Positions 9,176-17,667 of a DNA stretch of 63,090 nucleotides are shown here, piece after piece. Position 1 is the first letter of the stretch, and each line of letters opens with the position of its first letter. The notes under the pieces were generated by a model. That model was not told the DNA's origin and ran no database searches. It was given only the letters and a program-made list of their open reading frames with translations. The translations under genes and the position numbers were made by a program. Where the stretch lies: contig CAZFKN010000004.1 in NCBI GenBank assembly GCA_964519805.1, positions 1 to 63,090 on the forward strand, given 5' to 3'. This DNA comes from an uncultured Gemmatimonadaceae bacterium. Lineage in GTDB: Bacteria; Gemmatimonadota; Gemmatimonadetes; Gemmatimonadales; GWC2-71-9.

Positions 9176-10690
9176 GTGCGTCTGATCGCCCGATATCTCC
9201 TGCGCCAGCTCTTCGCCCCGTTCTGCTACTCGCTCGGGGCGCTGACCAGCCTCATGCTGCTCAACCAGATCGCGAGGCGGTTCGGCTCGCTGGTCGGCAA
9301 GGGCCTCTCTTGGGGGGTGATCACGGAGGTCTTCGTCCTGAGCCTGCCGTTCATCCTGGCGATGACCATCCCCATGGCGGTGCTGCTGGCCGTGCTCTAT
9401 GCCATGAGCCACCTCGCCGCCGACAACGAGGTCACCGCCCTTCGGGCAAACGGGGTGAGCGTGCCCCAGATCTTGCGCCCCCTCCTGGCATGGGGGGTCC
9501 TGATGTCCGCGCTCACGTTTCTCTTCGTGGACCAGGTGCTCCCCGAGACCAACGCCCGGCTGCGCGGGCTCCTAATCGACATCGGGAGGAAGAAGCCGAC
9601 CTTCGAGCTGCGCGAGCAGGTGATCAACGAGGTGCCGCCGTCCAAGTACTTCCTGCGCTCGGGGCGGATCGACGGCGCGACGGGCAAGCTCCGCGGCGTC
9701 ACCATCTACGACGTAGGCGACGAGCACGTCCGCCGGGTGATCTACGCCGACAGCGGGTTCATGGCCTATGCACCGGGCGGCCGGGATCTCACGCTCCAGC
9801 TCTATCACGGCGTGATCCACCAATACAAGACCGACGAGGCCGATCGTTTTCAGGTGACGGAGTTCGCTTCCAACGGCATCCGCGTCAGGAACGTCTTCGA
9901 CGAGCTGGAGCGGAACACCTCGGACCAGATCCGGGGGGACCGCGAAATGTCGAGCTGCGAGATGTTCGCCGTCGTCCGGGACGCGGATCGCGATGAAGGC
10001 AGGGCGCAGGCAGATCGGCGGTTCCTCCTCGACCGCGACCTGCGCGAGTTGCTGCGGCTGCCGCTGATGAAGCAGGACACGACCCATCCGCCCGCGTCCG
10101 GCGACTACTGCGTCTGGTTGGCGCACCTGCGCGCAGCGATCAAGGCTCGGCTGTTGCCGAAGAACGCCGCCGCCCAGACGCCGACGCCGCGACCCGCCCC
10201 GACCCCGGCGCTCCCCTCCGGCCCGCGCCCCCGTGACACGACTGCGGTCGACTTGCCCACGCGCCTGTCGGCCTACGCCGAAGTCGCGCTCGTTTCCGCC
10301 CGCGTCTCGGACGCCAGTCTCCAGCAGGATCGGTACATGGTCGAAATCCACAAGAAGTGGGCGATCAGCCTGGCCTGCGTCTCGTTCGTGCTGGTGGGGC
10401 TGGCCATGGCCTTGCGGTTCCCCCGCGGCGGCATGGGACTCGTGATCGGCGGCGGGCTCGCCGCGTTCTCGATCTACTACGTGGGCCTGACCGCCGGCGA
10501 GGCGCTCGCGGACCGCGGGCTCCTGTCGCCCGGCCTCTCGATGTGGCTGCCGAACCTGATTCTCACGGCGGCGGGGGTGGTGGGTTTGATCCTGGTCAAC
10601 CGGCAACCCGGCTTGAACCGCGGCGGCGATTTCCGGGAGCTGCTCGACGCGATCCGCTACCGCTTCCGTCTCCGTCGGAGGGCCGCGTGA
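9176..10690 (+). CDS. LptF/LptG family permease (YjgP/YjgQ), long form
   Basis: From the in-frame GTG at 9176 the protein starts VRLIARYLLRQLFAPF, the canonical LptF/G N-terminus. It has 6 TM segments and an extended central periplasmic region with a Pro-rich linker. Confidence 0.7.
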   Translation: MRLIARYLLRQLFAPFCYSLGALTSLMLLNQIARRFGSLVGKGLSWGVITEVFVLSLPFILAMTIPMAVLLAVLYAMSHLAADNEVTALRANGVSVPQILRPLLAWGVLMSALTFLFVDQVLPETNARLRGLLIDIGRKKPTFELREQVINEVPPSKYFLRSGRIDGATGKLRGVTIYDVGDEHVRRVIYADSGFMAYAPGGRDLTLQLYHGVIHQYKTDEADRFQVTEFASNGIRVRNVFDELERNTSDQIRGDREMSSCEMFAVVRDADRDEGRAQADRRFLLDRDLRELLRLPLMKQDTTHPPASGDYCVWLAHLRAAIKARLLPKNAAAQTPTPRPAPTPALPSGPRPRDTTAVDLPTRLSAYAEVALVSARVSDASLQQDRYMVEIHKKWAISLACVSFVLVGLAMALRFPRGGMGLVIGGGLAAFSIYYVGLTAGEALADRGLLSPGLSMWLPNLILTAAGVVGLILVNRQPGLNRGGDFRELLDAIRYRFRLRRRAA

Positions 10691-11769
10691 TCCCGCGCCT
10701 TCTCGACCGCTACATCCTTGGCCTCTGGCTCCGGATTTTCGCGCTCACCGTGCTCGGCTTCCCGATCGTTTCCATTCTCATCAACCTCACCGACTCGCTC
10801 AACAAACTGCTCGATCGAGGACTCACCGTGCGGCAGATCGTGGTGAGCTACGTGTACTCCGTCCCCGAGAACATGTTCCTCGTGCTCCCGGCAGCGGTGC
10901 TCTTTGCCACCGTGTTCACGGTGGGCAACCTGGCGCGGCATTCGGAGCTGACCGCGGCCAAGGCGGGGGGCCAGAGCTTCCGCCGCCTCGTGCTTCCGCT
11001 GATGCTGGCATCGATCTTCGCGACGGGCCTGGCGGTGGTGGTGGGCGAGCTGGCGCCCGGCTCCACCGCGAAGCAGCTCAAGATCCAGAAGGCCCAGCCC
11101 GAGGGCCCCACGTCGGCGCGGTTCAACTTCGTATATCGCGGCGACCAGGGCTGGGTGTACACTATTCGGTCGCTCGAGACGGCCACGAGGAAGCTCAAGG
11201 GCCTGTTGTTCGAGCGGCAGGGAACGGGCATCAAGTACCCCGGTCTCGTCGTCACGGCGGACAGCGCGACATACGACACGGAGCACCGCAGCTGGCGGCT
11301 CTGGAGCGGCGCGAGCCGAGTGATCGCCACGCCCGAGCGCCAGGCGAGCTTCACCTTCCGCTCGCTCCGCCTCCGAAGCTTCGTGCAGACCCCCGGCGAC
11401 CTCATGGCCGAGCCCAAGGCGCCCGACGAGATGCGCTACGCCGAGCTGGGCCGCTACATCGAGGCGCTTCAACGCTCGGGCAACGATGCCAACAAGCTGA
11501 TCGTCGAGCAGGCGCTCAAGCTCGCCATCCCGGCCACGTGTCTCATCATCGCGGTCTTCGGCGCCCCGCTCGCGATCACGTCGCCGCGGGCGGGCATGGG
11601 GTTCGGCATCGCGATCAGCCTCGCCACCACGGTGTTCTTCCTGCTCCTCATGCAGATCGCGAAGGCGGTCGGCGCGGGCGGCCTGATTAACCCGACGGCG
11701 GCGGCGTGGCTCCCGAACGTGATGTTCCTGGCCATCGGCCTGGTGCTGCTCGCGCGCGTACGGACGTAG
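10687..11769 (+). CDS. LptF/LptG family permease (second subunit)
   Basis: The GTG at 10687 overlaps the upstream stop (GTGA). The N-terminus VIPRLLDRYILGLWLRIF is typical of LptG. The track ORF start at 10357 is an off-frame extension inside the previous gene. Confidence 0.7.
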   Translation: MIPRLLDRYILGLWLRIFALTVLGFPIVSILINLTDSLNKLLDRGLTVRQIVVSYVYSVPENMFLVLPAAVLFATVFTVGNLARHSELTAAKAGGQSFRRLVLPLMLASIFATGLAVVVGELAPGSTAKQLKIQKAQPEGPTSARFNFVYRGDQGWVYTIRSLETATRKLKGLLFERQGTGIKYPGLVVTADSATYDTEHRSWRLWSGASRVIATPERQASFTFRSLRLRSFVQTPGDLMAEPKAPDEMRYAELGRYIEALQRSGNDANKLIVEQALKLAIPATCLIIAVFGAPLAITSPRAGMGFGIAISLATTVFFLLLMQIAKAVGAGGLINPTAAAWLPNVMFLAIGLVLLARVRT

Positions 11770-11800
11770 CCGGGTCGTCGCCCCGCCTATATTCTCCCAC

Positions 11801-13300
11801 ATGGACAAGGCGGCTCCGCTCATCATCGGCTCCGGCATCGCGGGCCTGTGGACCGCATGGCGGCTGGCGGCGGAGGGCCGGTGCGCGCGCCTGGTCACGA
11901 AGGAGACCCTCGCCGACAGCGCCAGCGCCTGGGCCCAGGGCGGGATCGCGGTCGCGCTCGGCCCCGGCGACAACCCGGTGCAGCACGCTGCCGACACGCT
12001 GGCCGCCGGCGACGGGCTCTCCGATCCCGAAGCCGTCCGCATACTCACCAACGAGGGACCCGACCGGATCCGCGAGCTGCTCGCGATGGGGGCGACGTTC
12101 GATCGTGCTCCCGACGGCAGGCTCCGCTTCGGGCTGGAGGCCGCCCACACTCGGCCCCGGATCATCCATGCCGGTGGCGATCGCACCGGCGCCGCGCTGG
12201 TCGCGTTTCTCACTGGCGTGATTCGCGAGCACCCCCTCATCGAGATCCTCGAGCATACCGAAGCCAAGGCCCTGATCGTCGAGGGGGGTCGAGTGACGGG
12301 GGCGCTTCTGGTGCAGCCCGATCGTCCCGCGTTCGTCGTTCGCGCGAACGCGGTGGTGCTCGCGACCGGCGGCGTCGGGCAGCTCTACGCCGTCACCACC
12401 AACCCGCAAGTGGCCACCGCGGACGGCTGGGCCATGGCATACCGGGCCGGGGCAGAGCTTCGGGACCTCGAGTTCCTCCAGTTCCACCCTACGGCGCTCA
12501 AGCTGCCGGGGGTGAACCCCGCGCCGCTCATCTCCGAGGCGGTGCGCGGGGCCGGGGCCGTGCTCCTGGACCGGAACGGGCATCGCTTCGCCCTCGACCA
12601 CGACGCGCGGGGGGAGCTCGCCCCGCGGGACGTGCTCGCGCGGGCGGTGGCGGGCGCCGACGCGGCGGGTGGGGCCTGGCTCGATGCGCGGCAGATCCCT
12701 GATTTCGGTCGCCAGTTTCCCGGCATTTCCCAGATGCTAGCGAGTCACGGGCTCGATGCCTCGCGTGACCTGCTGCCGGTGGCGCCGGCGCTGCACTATG
12801 CGATGGGCGGCATCCGGACCAACCTCGACGGTCGCACGAGCCTGTCGGGACTCTGGGCCGTAGGTGAGTGCGCTCGCACGGGCGTCCATGGCGCCAATCG
12901 TCTCGCCTCCAACTCGCTGCTCGAAGGTTTGGTGTTCGCGGATCGGGTTGCCCGGGCGTTGCCGCCGGATGGCACCGCCGCGCCCGAGTCCACCGGCCCG
13001 GTGCCGGGGGAGGGACTGGCCGACACGCTCCCCGCGGAAGAGAGCGAGATCATCCGCGCGGGCATGCGCGCGGTGATGACCGCCGACGTGGGCCTCCAGC
13101 GGACCGAACGATCCCTGCTCCATGCGGAAGAGGCTCTGGCGGCGCTCACGCGCCGGGTGCCGCCAGGCGATTGGCGGACGGAGAACCAGCTGCTCGTCGC
13201 CACGCTCATCACCCAAGCCGCCCGGCGTCGGCGTGAGAGCCGTGGCGGCCACCGCCGCCTCGATTACCCGCCCAAGGTCCGCACGTCCGAAGCCGTCTGA
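11801..13300 (+). CDS. nadB: L-aspartate oxidase
   Basis: 499 aa. The FAD motif is IIGSGIAGL, AQGGIAV is present, and the C-terminus contains RRESRGGH. It is followed by nadA and nadC. Confidence 0.9.
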   Translation: MDKAAPLIIGSGIAGLWTAWRLAAEGRCARLVTKETLADSASAWAQGGIAVALGPGDNPVQHAADTLAAGDGLSDPEAVRILTNEGPDRIRELLAMGATFDRAPDGRLRFGLEAAHTRPRIIHAGGDRTGAALVAFLTGVIREHPLIEILEHTEAKALIVEGGRVTGALLVQPDRPAFVVRANAVVLATGGVGQLYAVTTNPQVATADGWAMAYRAGAELRDLEFLQFHPTALKLPGVNPAPLISEAVRGAGAVLLDRNGHRFALDHDARGELAPRDVLARAVAGADAAGGAWLDARQIPDFGRQFPGISQMLASHGLDASRDLLPVAPALHYAMGGIRTNLDGRTSLSGLWAVGECARTGVHGANRLASNSLLEGLVFADRVARALPPDGTAAPESTGPVPGEGLADTLPAEESEIIRAGMRAVMTADVGLQRTERSLLHAEEALAALTRRVPPGDWRTENQLLVATLITQAARRRRESRGGHRRLDYPPKVRTSEAV

Positions 13301-14295
13301 TGGCCCTGCCGCTCCCCGTCATCGAACACGCGGACCTCACGCCCGCCGTCATCGCCGCGCTTCAAGCCGACATCCGTTCGCTGGCGCGGGAGCGAAACGC
13401 GGTGCTCCTCGCTCACAACTACCAGCGTCCCGAGGTCCAGGACGTCGCCGATTTCGTGGGCGATTCGCTCGGGCTGTCGCGCCAGGCGGCCAGGACCGAT
13501 GCCGAGGTGATCGTCTTCTGCGGCGTGCATTTCATGGCGGAGACCGCAAAGATCCTCTCGCCGGGCAAGAAGGTGCTCCTCCCCGATCTGCGCGCGGGCT
13601 GCTCCCTCGCCGCGACGATCACCGGTGAGCAGGTGCGTGAATGGAAGGCGCAGTTCCCCGGTTACGTCGCCGTCGGCTATGTGAACACCACGGCCGAGGT
13701 GAAGGCCGAGCTGGACTACGCCTGCACCAGCGGCAACGTGCTGGACGTGATCGACGCGATCCCCGCCGAGAAGGGCATTCTCTTCCTGCCCGACTTCTTC
13801 CTCGGCGCCCATGTCCGCCGGATGCGTCCGGACCGCAAAGTCGAGGTGTGGCTCGGCGAGTGTCACGTTCACAAGGGGATCAGCCCGACGACGCTCGAGG
13901 CCCAGCGGAAGGAGCACCCGGACGCGGAGGTGCTCGTGCATCCCGAGTGTGGTTGCGCCGGACAGCTCATCTACGAGATGGGCCGCGGCGCGATTCCGAG
14001 CACGGGGCTCCACATCGCGTCGACCGAGGGGATGATCCGGTTGGCCAAGGACCGCCCCGCGCCGGCGTTCATCGTGGCGACCGAGACCGGGATTCTCCAT
14101 CGGATGCGGCAGGTCGCGCCCGACAAGCGGTTCTACCCGGCCGACCCCGAGGCCGTCTGTGCCTTCATGAAGACGATCACGCTGGGCAACGTCCGCGACG
14201 CGCTGCGGCTCGATCGCTACGAGATCACAGTGCCGGACGAGATCGCCCGTCGTGCCCGTCTGTCGCTCGACCGCATGGTGAGCCTGGGCAAGTGA
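13300..14295 (+). CDS. nadA: Quinolinate synthase
   Basis: 331 aa with NadA-like VHFMAETAKIL and HPEC motifs. There is a 1-nt TGATG overlap with nadB. Confidence 0.9.
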   Translation: MALPLPVIEHADLTPAVIAALQADIRSLARERNAVLLAHNYQRPEVQDVADFVGDSLGLSRQAARTDAEVIVFCGVHFMAETAKILSPGKKVLLPDLRAGCSLAATITGEQVREWKAQFPGYVAVGYVNTTAEVKAELDYACTSGNVLDVIDAIPAEKGILFLPDFFLGAHVRRMRPDRKVEVWLGECHVHKGISPTTLEAQRKEHPDAEVLVHPECGCAGQLIYEMGRGAIPSTGLHIASTEGMIRLAKDRPAPAFIVATETGILHRMRQVAPDKRFYPADPEAVCAFMKTITLGNVRDALRLDRYEITVPDEIARRARLSLDRMVSLGK

Positions 14296-15158
14296 TGCCC
14301 GATTTCGGAGCCGACGCCGAGCGGCTCGCGGCGATCGTGCTCGCGGAAGATGGCCACTGTGACGCCACGAGCGACGTCACCGTCGCCCCGACGGAGCGGG
14401 CCTCGGCACGAATCGAATTCCGGACCGACGGCCTGCTTGCGGGCCGTGTTTATGCGGAGGCCGTCGCTCGCGCCTGCTCCTGCACCGTGGACTGGGAGGC
14501 GGCCGAGGGCGAGCCTGTGCGTCGGGATGCGGTCGTCGGGGAGATAACCGGGCCGTTGGCGCCGCTGCTCCGGGCCGAGCGCCCGCTGCTCAACCTGCTC
14601 CAGCGCGCCTCCGGCATCGCGACCGCCACGCGGGCCTACGTCGGTGCCGTCACCGGCACCACCGCCCGCATCCTCCACACTCGGAAGACCGCGCCGGGCC
14701 TGCGGCTGCTGGACGTAGCCGGGGTTCTGGCCGGGGGCGGTTCCCTGCACCGGCTCGACCTGGCCCACACGGTGATGGTCAAGGACAACCACTGGCGTGC
14801 ACTCGCGGCGCAAGGCGTGACGCTTCGCTCGGCCCTGGCGAAGGCCCGTGGGCGCGGCATCGAGGCGCTTCAGGTGGAGGTCGAGTCGGAGGCCCAGCTC
14901 CAGGCGGCGTGCGAGGCCGGCGCCACTCGGCTCCTGCTCGACAACCAGTCGCCCGAAACGGTGCAGCGGTGGGCGGTCGCGGCGCGGGCGATGACGCCGG
15001 GCATCGAGATCGAGGCGACCGGCGGGATCACGCTCGACAACGTGCGAGCGTATGCGTTGGCGGGAGCCGATTTCATCTCGGTGGGCGCGCTGACGCACAG
15101 CGTCAAGGCGGCGGATATTGCGCTTGAAGTACAGTGCGAGGTGAGAGGTGAGAGGTGA
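14295..15158 (+). CDS. nadC: Nicotinate-nucleotide pyrophosphorylase (carboxylating)
   Basis: From the ATG at 14295 (MPDFGADAERL). The motifs are RILHTRKTAPGLR and MVKDNH. The track ORF start at 13641 is an off-frame run inside nadA. The last codons (EVRGER) lie in the heptamer array. Confidence 0.85.
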   Translation: MPDFGADAERLAAIVLAEDGHCDATSDVTVAPTERASARIEFRTDGLLAGRVYAEAVARACSCTVDWEAAEGEPVRRDAVVGEITGPLAPLLRAERPLLNLLQRASGIATATRAYVGAVTGTTARILHTRKTAPGLRLLDVAGVLAGGGSLHRLDLAHTVMVKDNHWRALAAQGVTLRSALAKARGRGIEALQVEVESEAQLQAACEAGATRLLLDNQSPETVQRWAVAARAMTPGIEIEATGGITLDNVRAYALAGADFISVGALTHSVKAADIALEVQCEVRGER

Positions 15159-15228
15159 GAGGTGAGAAGTGAGAGGCAAGAGGGACCGGGAAGCTGTCCC
15201 CTCTCACCGCTTACCCCTTACCTCTCAC
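15141..15228. repeat. Mirrored heptamer arrays (GTGAGAG family) forming an imperfect hairpin at the nadC/permease junction
   Basis: Plus strand 15141-15182 reads GTGAGAG x3, GTGAGAA, GTGAGAG, GCAAGAG. The reverse complement of 15201-15228 reads GTGAGAG GTAAGGG GTAAGCG GTGAGAG. The centre, GGGAC...GTCCC, pairs. Confidence 0.8.
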
Positions 15229-16548
15229 GCTTTTCCAGACGGCGTAGACCGGCAGACCGGCGAGGATGATGGCGAACGTCACCCCCGTATTGACCGGATC
15301 GGTGATGAGCGCGTTCACGACCATCCCGACCGAGGCCAGCAAGAAGACCGCGGGCGTGATCGGATAACCGACCGTTCGGTAGGGCCGCTGCAGGTCGGGG
15401 CGGGTCCGCCGCAGCACGTACACGCCGGCCACCGCGAGCGCGTAGAACGGCCAGATCCCCAGGATGAACTTGTTGGCGAGCTGCTGGAAATCATTGAGCA
15501 GCACGTACACCACGCCCAGAACTGTGGCCAGTCCTATGGCCACGGAGGGGCTCTTGAACCGCGGCGAGACGGTGGCAATGGCCGGGAAGAAGAGCCCCCG
15601 GTCGGCCATGGCGAAGAAGATGCGCGGGCCCGTCATCATGGATCCGTTCAGCGCACCGAAGCAGGAGACCATGACGAGGGCGGACACGAGTGCCCCGCCG
15701 TGGCCGCCGAGCATGGGGATTCGCTCGGCCGCCGTGGCGGCGACGAGGCGGGAGTTCGCCATCTCGGGCAACGGGACCAGGTAGACGTACGCGGCGTTGA
15801 GCAGGAGATACACCGTCACGATGGCGGCCGTCCCGAGAATCAGGGCACGCGGAAGGTTGCGGCCGGGCTCGCGCACCTCGCCTCCCATGAAGGCCAGGTC
15901 GGCCCATCCGTCGTAGGTCCACATGATCGGCACGAGCGCCGTGGCGACGAGCGATACCGGAACCGTGCCGGCCCAGAGCGGCGTGAAGTGCGTGGCGCTG
16001 CCGTCGGCCGCCGTGAATGCGAACAGGCCGAGGAGTGCCACGGCGCTGAACTTGGCGATCGTCACCAGGTTCATCACCGCGGAGGCGGCCCGGACCCCTA
16101 CGTAATTGAGGACCCCCATCACCACGATCGTCGCCGCCGCGACATGCCGTATGGTGGGAGGGTCGAACCGGAGAAAGTACCCCAAGTACTCGGCGAAGAT
16201 CGTCGCGATAGCGCCGAGGGCCGACGCGCGGATCACGGTCAGCTCGGACCAGCCGAAGAGAAAGGCCGGGACCGGGCCGAACGCCTCGAGCAGGAAAGCG
16301 AAGACGCCGCCCGACCGGGGTAGCGCCGCCGCCAGCTCCGCGAGCGCCAGCGCGCCGGCGAGCGCCACGATGCCGCCCAGCACCCACGCGAGGATGACGG
16401 GTCCCGGCACCCCGAGCGTCGCGGCGACGCCGGCCGGCACCCGGAAGATGCCGCTGCCGATCGTGCTCCCCACCAGGACGGCGATGGCGCTGCCGAGACC
16501 CAGCCGGCGCGGGAGTCGCTCACCCCAGACATCGGGGGCAGCGCCCAT
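15211..16548 (-). CDS. APC superfamily amino acid permease
   Basis: From the ATG at 16548 (MGAAPDVWGERLPRRLGLGSAIAVLVGSTIGSGIF): 445 aa with about 12 TM segments. The remaining roughly 840 codons of track ORF 15211..19080 are shadow frame. Confidence 0.8.
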   Translation of the reverse strand: MGAAPDVWGERLPRRLGLGSAIAVLVGSTIGSGIFRVPAGVAATLGVPGPVILAWVLGGIVALAGALALAELAAALPRSGGVFAFLLEAFGPVPAFLFGWSELTVIRASALGAIATIFAEYLGYFLRFDPPTIRHVAAATIVVMGVLNYVGVRAASAVMNLVTIAKFSAVALLGLFAFTAADGSATHFTPLWAGTVPVSLVATALVPIMWTYDGWADLAFMGGEVREPGRNLPRALILGTAAIVTVYLLLNAAYVYLVPLPEMANSRLVAATAAERIPMLGGHGGALVSALVMVSCFGALNGSMMTGPRIFFAMADRGLFFPAIATVSPRFKSPSVAIGLATVLGVVYVLLNDFQQLANKFILGIWPFYALAVAGVYVLRRTRPDLQRPYRTVGYPITPAVFLLASVGMVVNALITDPVNTGVTFAIILAGLPVYAVWKSVRGKG

Positions 16549-16680
16549 GGGAAGTCCTTTGATCCAGGGTGGATGCGGCGGCGCGGAGTTCGGCTGGGAG
16601 CATAATCGGACCCGCTTGACAAGGGGAAGTCCGGGGCCGTTCTTTCCCCGCTCTCGCCCGCTGATCCCGGAGGCAGGTTC

Positions 16681-17652
16681 GTGGAGGCTCCTTCCCAGGC
16701 CGTGGACGTCCGCCGGCCCTCGCTGGTGGCCGACCTGGTAACGCTCACCAAGCCGCGCATCATCTCGCTGCTCCTCGTTACGACCATCGCGCCGATGTTC
16801 GTGACCGGACGCGGCTTGCCGTCCCTGCAGCTGGTGCTCGTCGTGATTCTCGCCGGCTACCTGATGGCCGGCGGAGCGAACGCCATCAACATGTGGTTCG
16901 ACCGGGACATCGACGACAAGATGTCGCGGACCCGGTTCCGGCCGATCCCCGCCGGGCGCATCGCGCCCGCGGTCGGACTCGCGTTCGGGATCGGTCTCGC
17001 CGTCATCGCCTTCGACCTGTTCTGGCAGCTGGTCAACCCGTTGAGCGCCTGGCTCGCGCTCGGCGGCCTCTTGTTCTACGTCCTCATCTACACGGTATGG
17101 CTCAAACGGTCGAGCCCGCAGAACATCGTCATCGGCGGTGCGGCGGGCGCGTTCCCGCCACTGGTCGGCTGGGCGGCAATGACCAACCGGATCGACCTCG
17201 CCGCGATCTACCTCTTCGCCATCATCTTCTACTGGACACCCCCGCACTTCTGGGCGCTCGCGCTCATCAAGCAGGGCGAGTACGCACGGGCCGGCGTTCC
17301 CATGATGCCCGTCGTTCGGGGCGAGCGGCGCACCAAGTTCGAGATGCTGGTCTACACCCTCATGCTGCTGCCGCTCACGCTCATGCCGGTGCTGTTCGGA
17401 GCGTTCGGCTGGTTCTATGCGGTGGCCGCCACTCTGCTCGGCGCGCCCCTGCTCTGGTACTGCGTCCGCCTCCTCCGCGAGGCGGCGGTGACTCCCACGG
17501 CCTGGAAGCTCTACCGCTACTCGCTCCTGTATCTCGCCCTCCTCTTCGTGGCGATGGGAATCGACCGCAATCTTCCCGGCGCACAGGTATCCCCTCCCGC
17601 CGTCCTCATCCTGAGCAACCCGAGCCAGGAAGCGCTCGCCCCGGCCCGGTGA
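16681..17652 (+). CDS. ctaB: Protoheme IX farnesyltransferase (heme O synthase)
   Basis: UbiA-family motifs are GGANAINMWFDRDID and a second Asp-rich region. LTKPRII is the typical CtaB/CyoE N-terminus. The start codon is GTG. Confidence 0.85.
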   Translation: MEAPSQAVDVRRPSLVADLVTLTKPRIISLLLVTTIAPMFVTGRGLPSLQLVLVVILAGYLMAGGANAINMWFDRDIDDKMSRTRFRPIPAGRIAPAVGLAFGIGLAVIAFDLFWQLVNPLSAWLALGGLLFYVLIYTVWLKRSSPQNIVIGGAAGAFPPLVGWAAMTNRIDLAAIYLFAIIFYWTPPHFWALALIKQGEYARAGVPMMPVVRGERRTKFEMLVYTLMLLPLTLMPVLFGAFGWFYAVAATLLGAPLLWYCVRLLREAAVTPTAWKLYRYSLLYLALLFVAMGIDRNLPGAQVSPPAVLILSNPSQEALAPAR

Positions 17653-17667
17653 ATTAGCTTCGTAGGG

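Noticed and set aside
9176-10690. Roughly 140-aa extra central segment with a Pro-rich linker in the LptF-like permease, considered as an inserted domain
   Set aside because: Long-form LptF/LptG family permeases of this size are common outside Proteobacteria. Nothing in the segment suggests an independent domain or mobile insertion.
10657-12601. Long minus-strand ORFs 10657..12267 (536 aa) and 11687..12601 (304 aa)
   Set aside because: They are antisense to lptG and nadB, which have strong motif support. Their composition is dominated by Arg/Ala/Gly/Glu.
15141-15182. Tandem short repeats considered as a possible CRISPR array or minisatellite
   Set aside because: The units are 7 nt with no spacers, the total length is under 50 nt per arm, and no cas genes are present. 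They are reported instead as heptamer hairpin elements.
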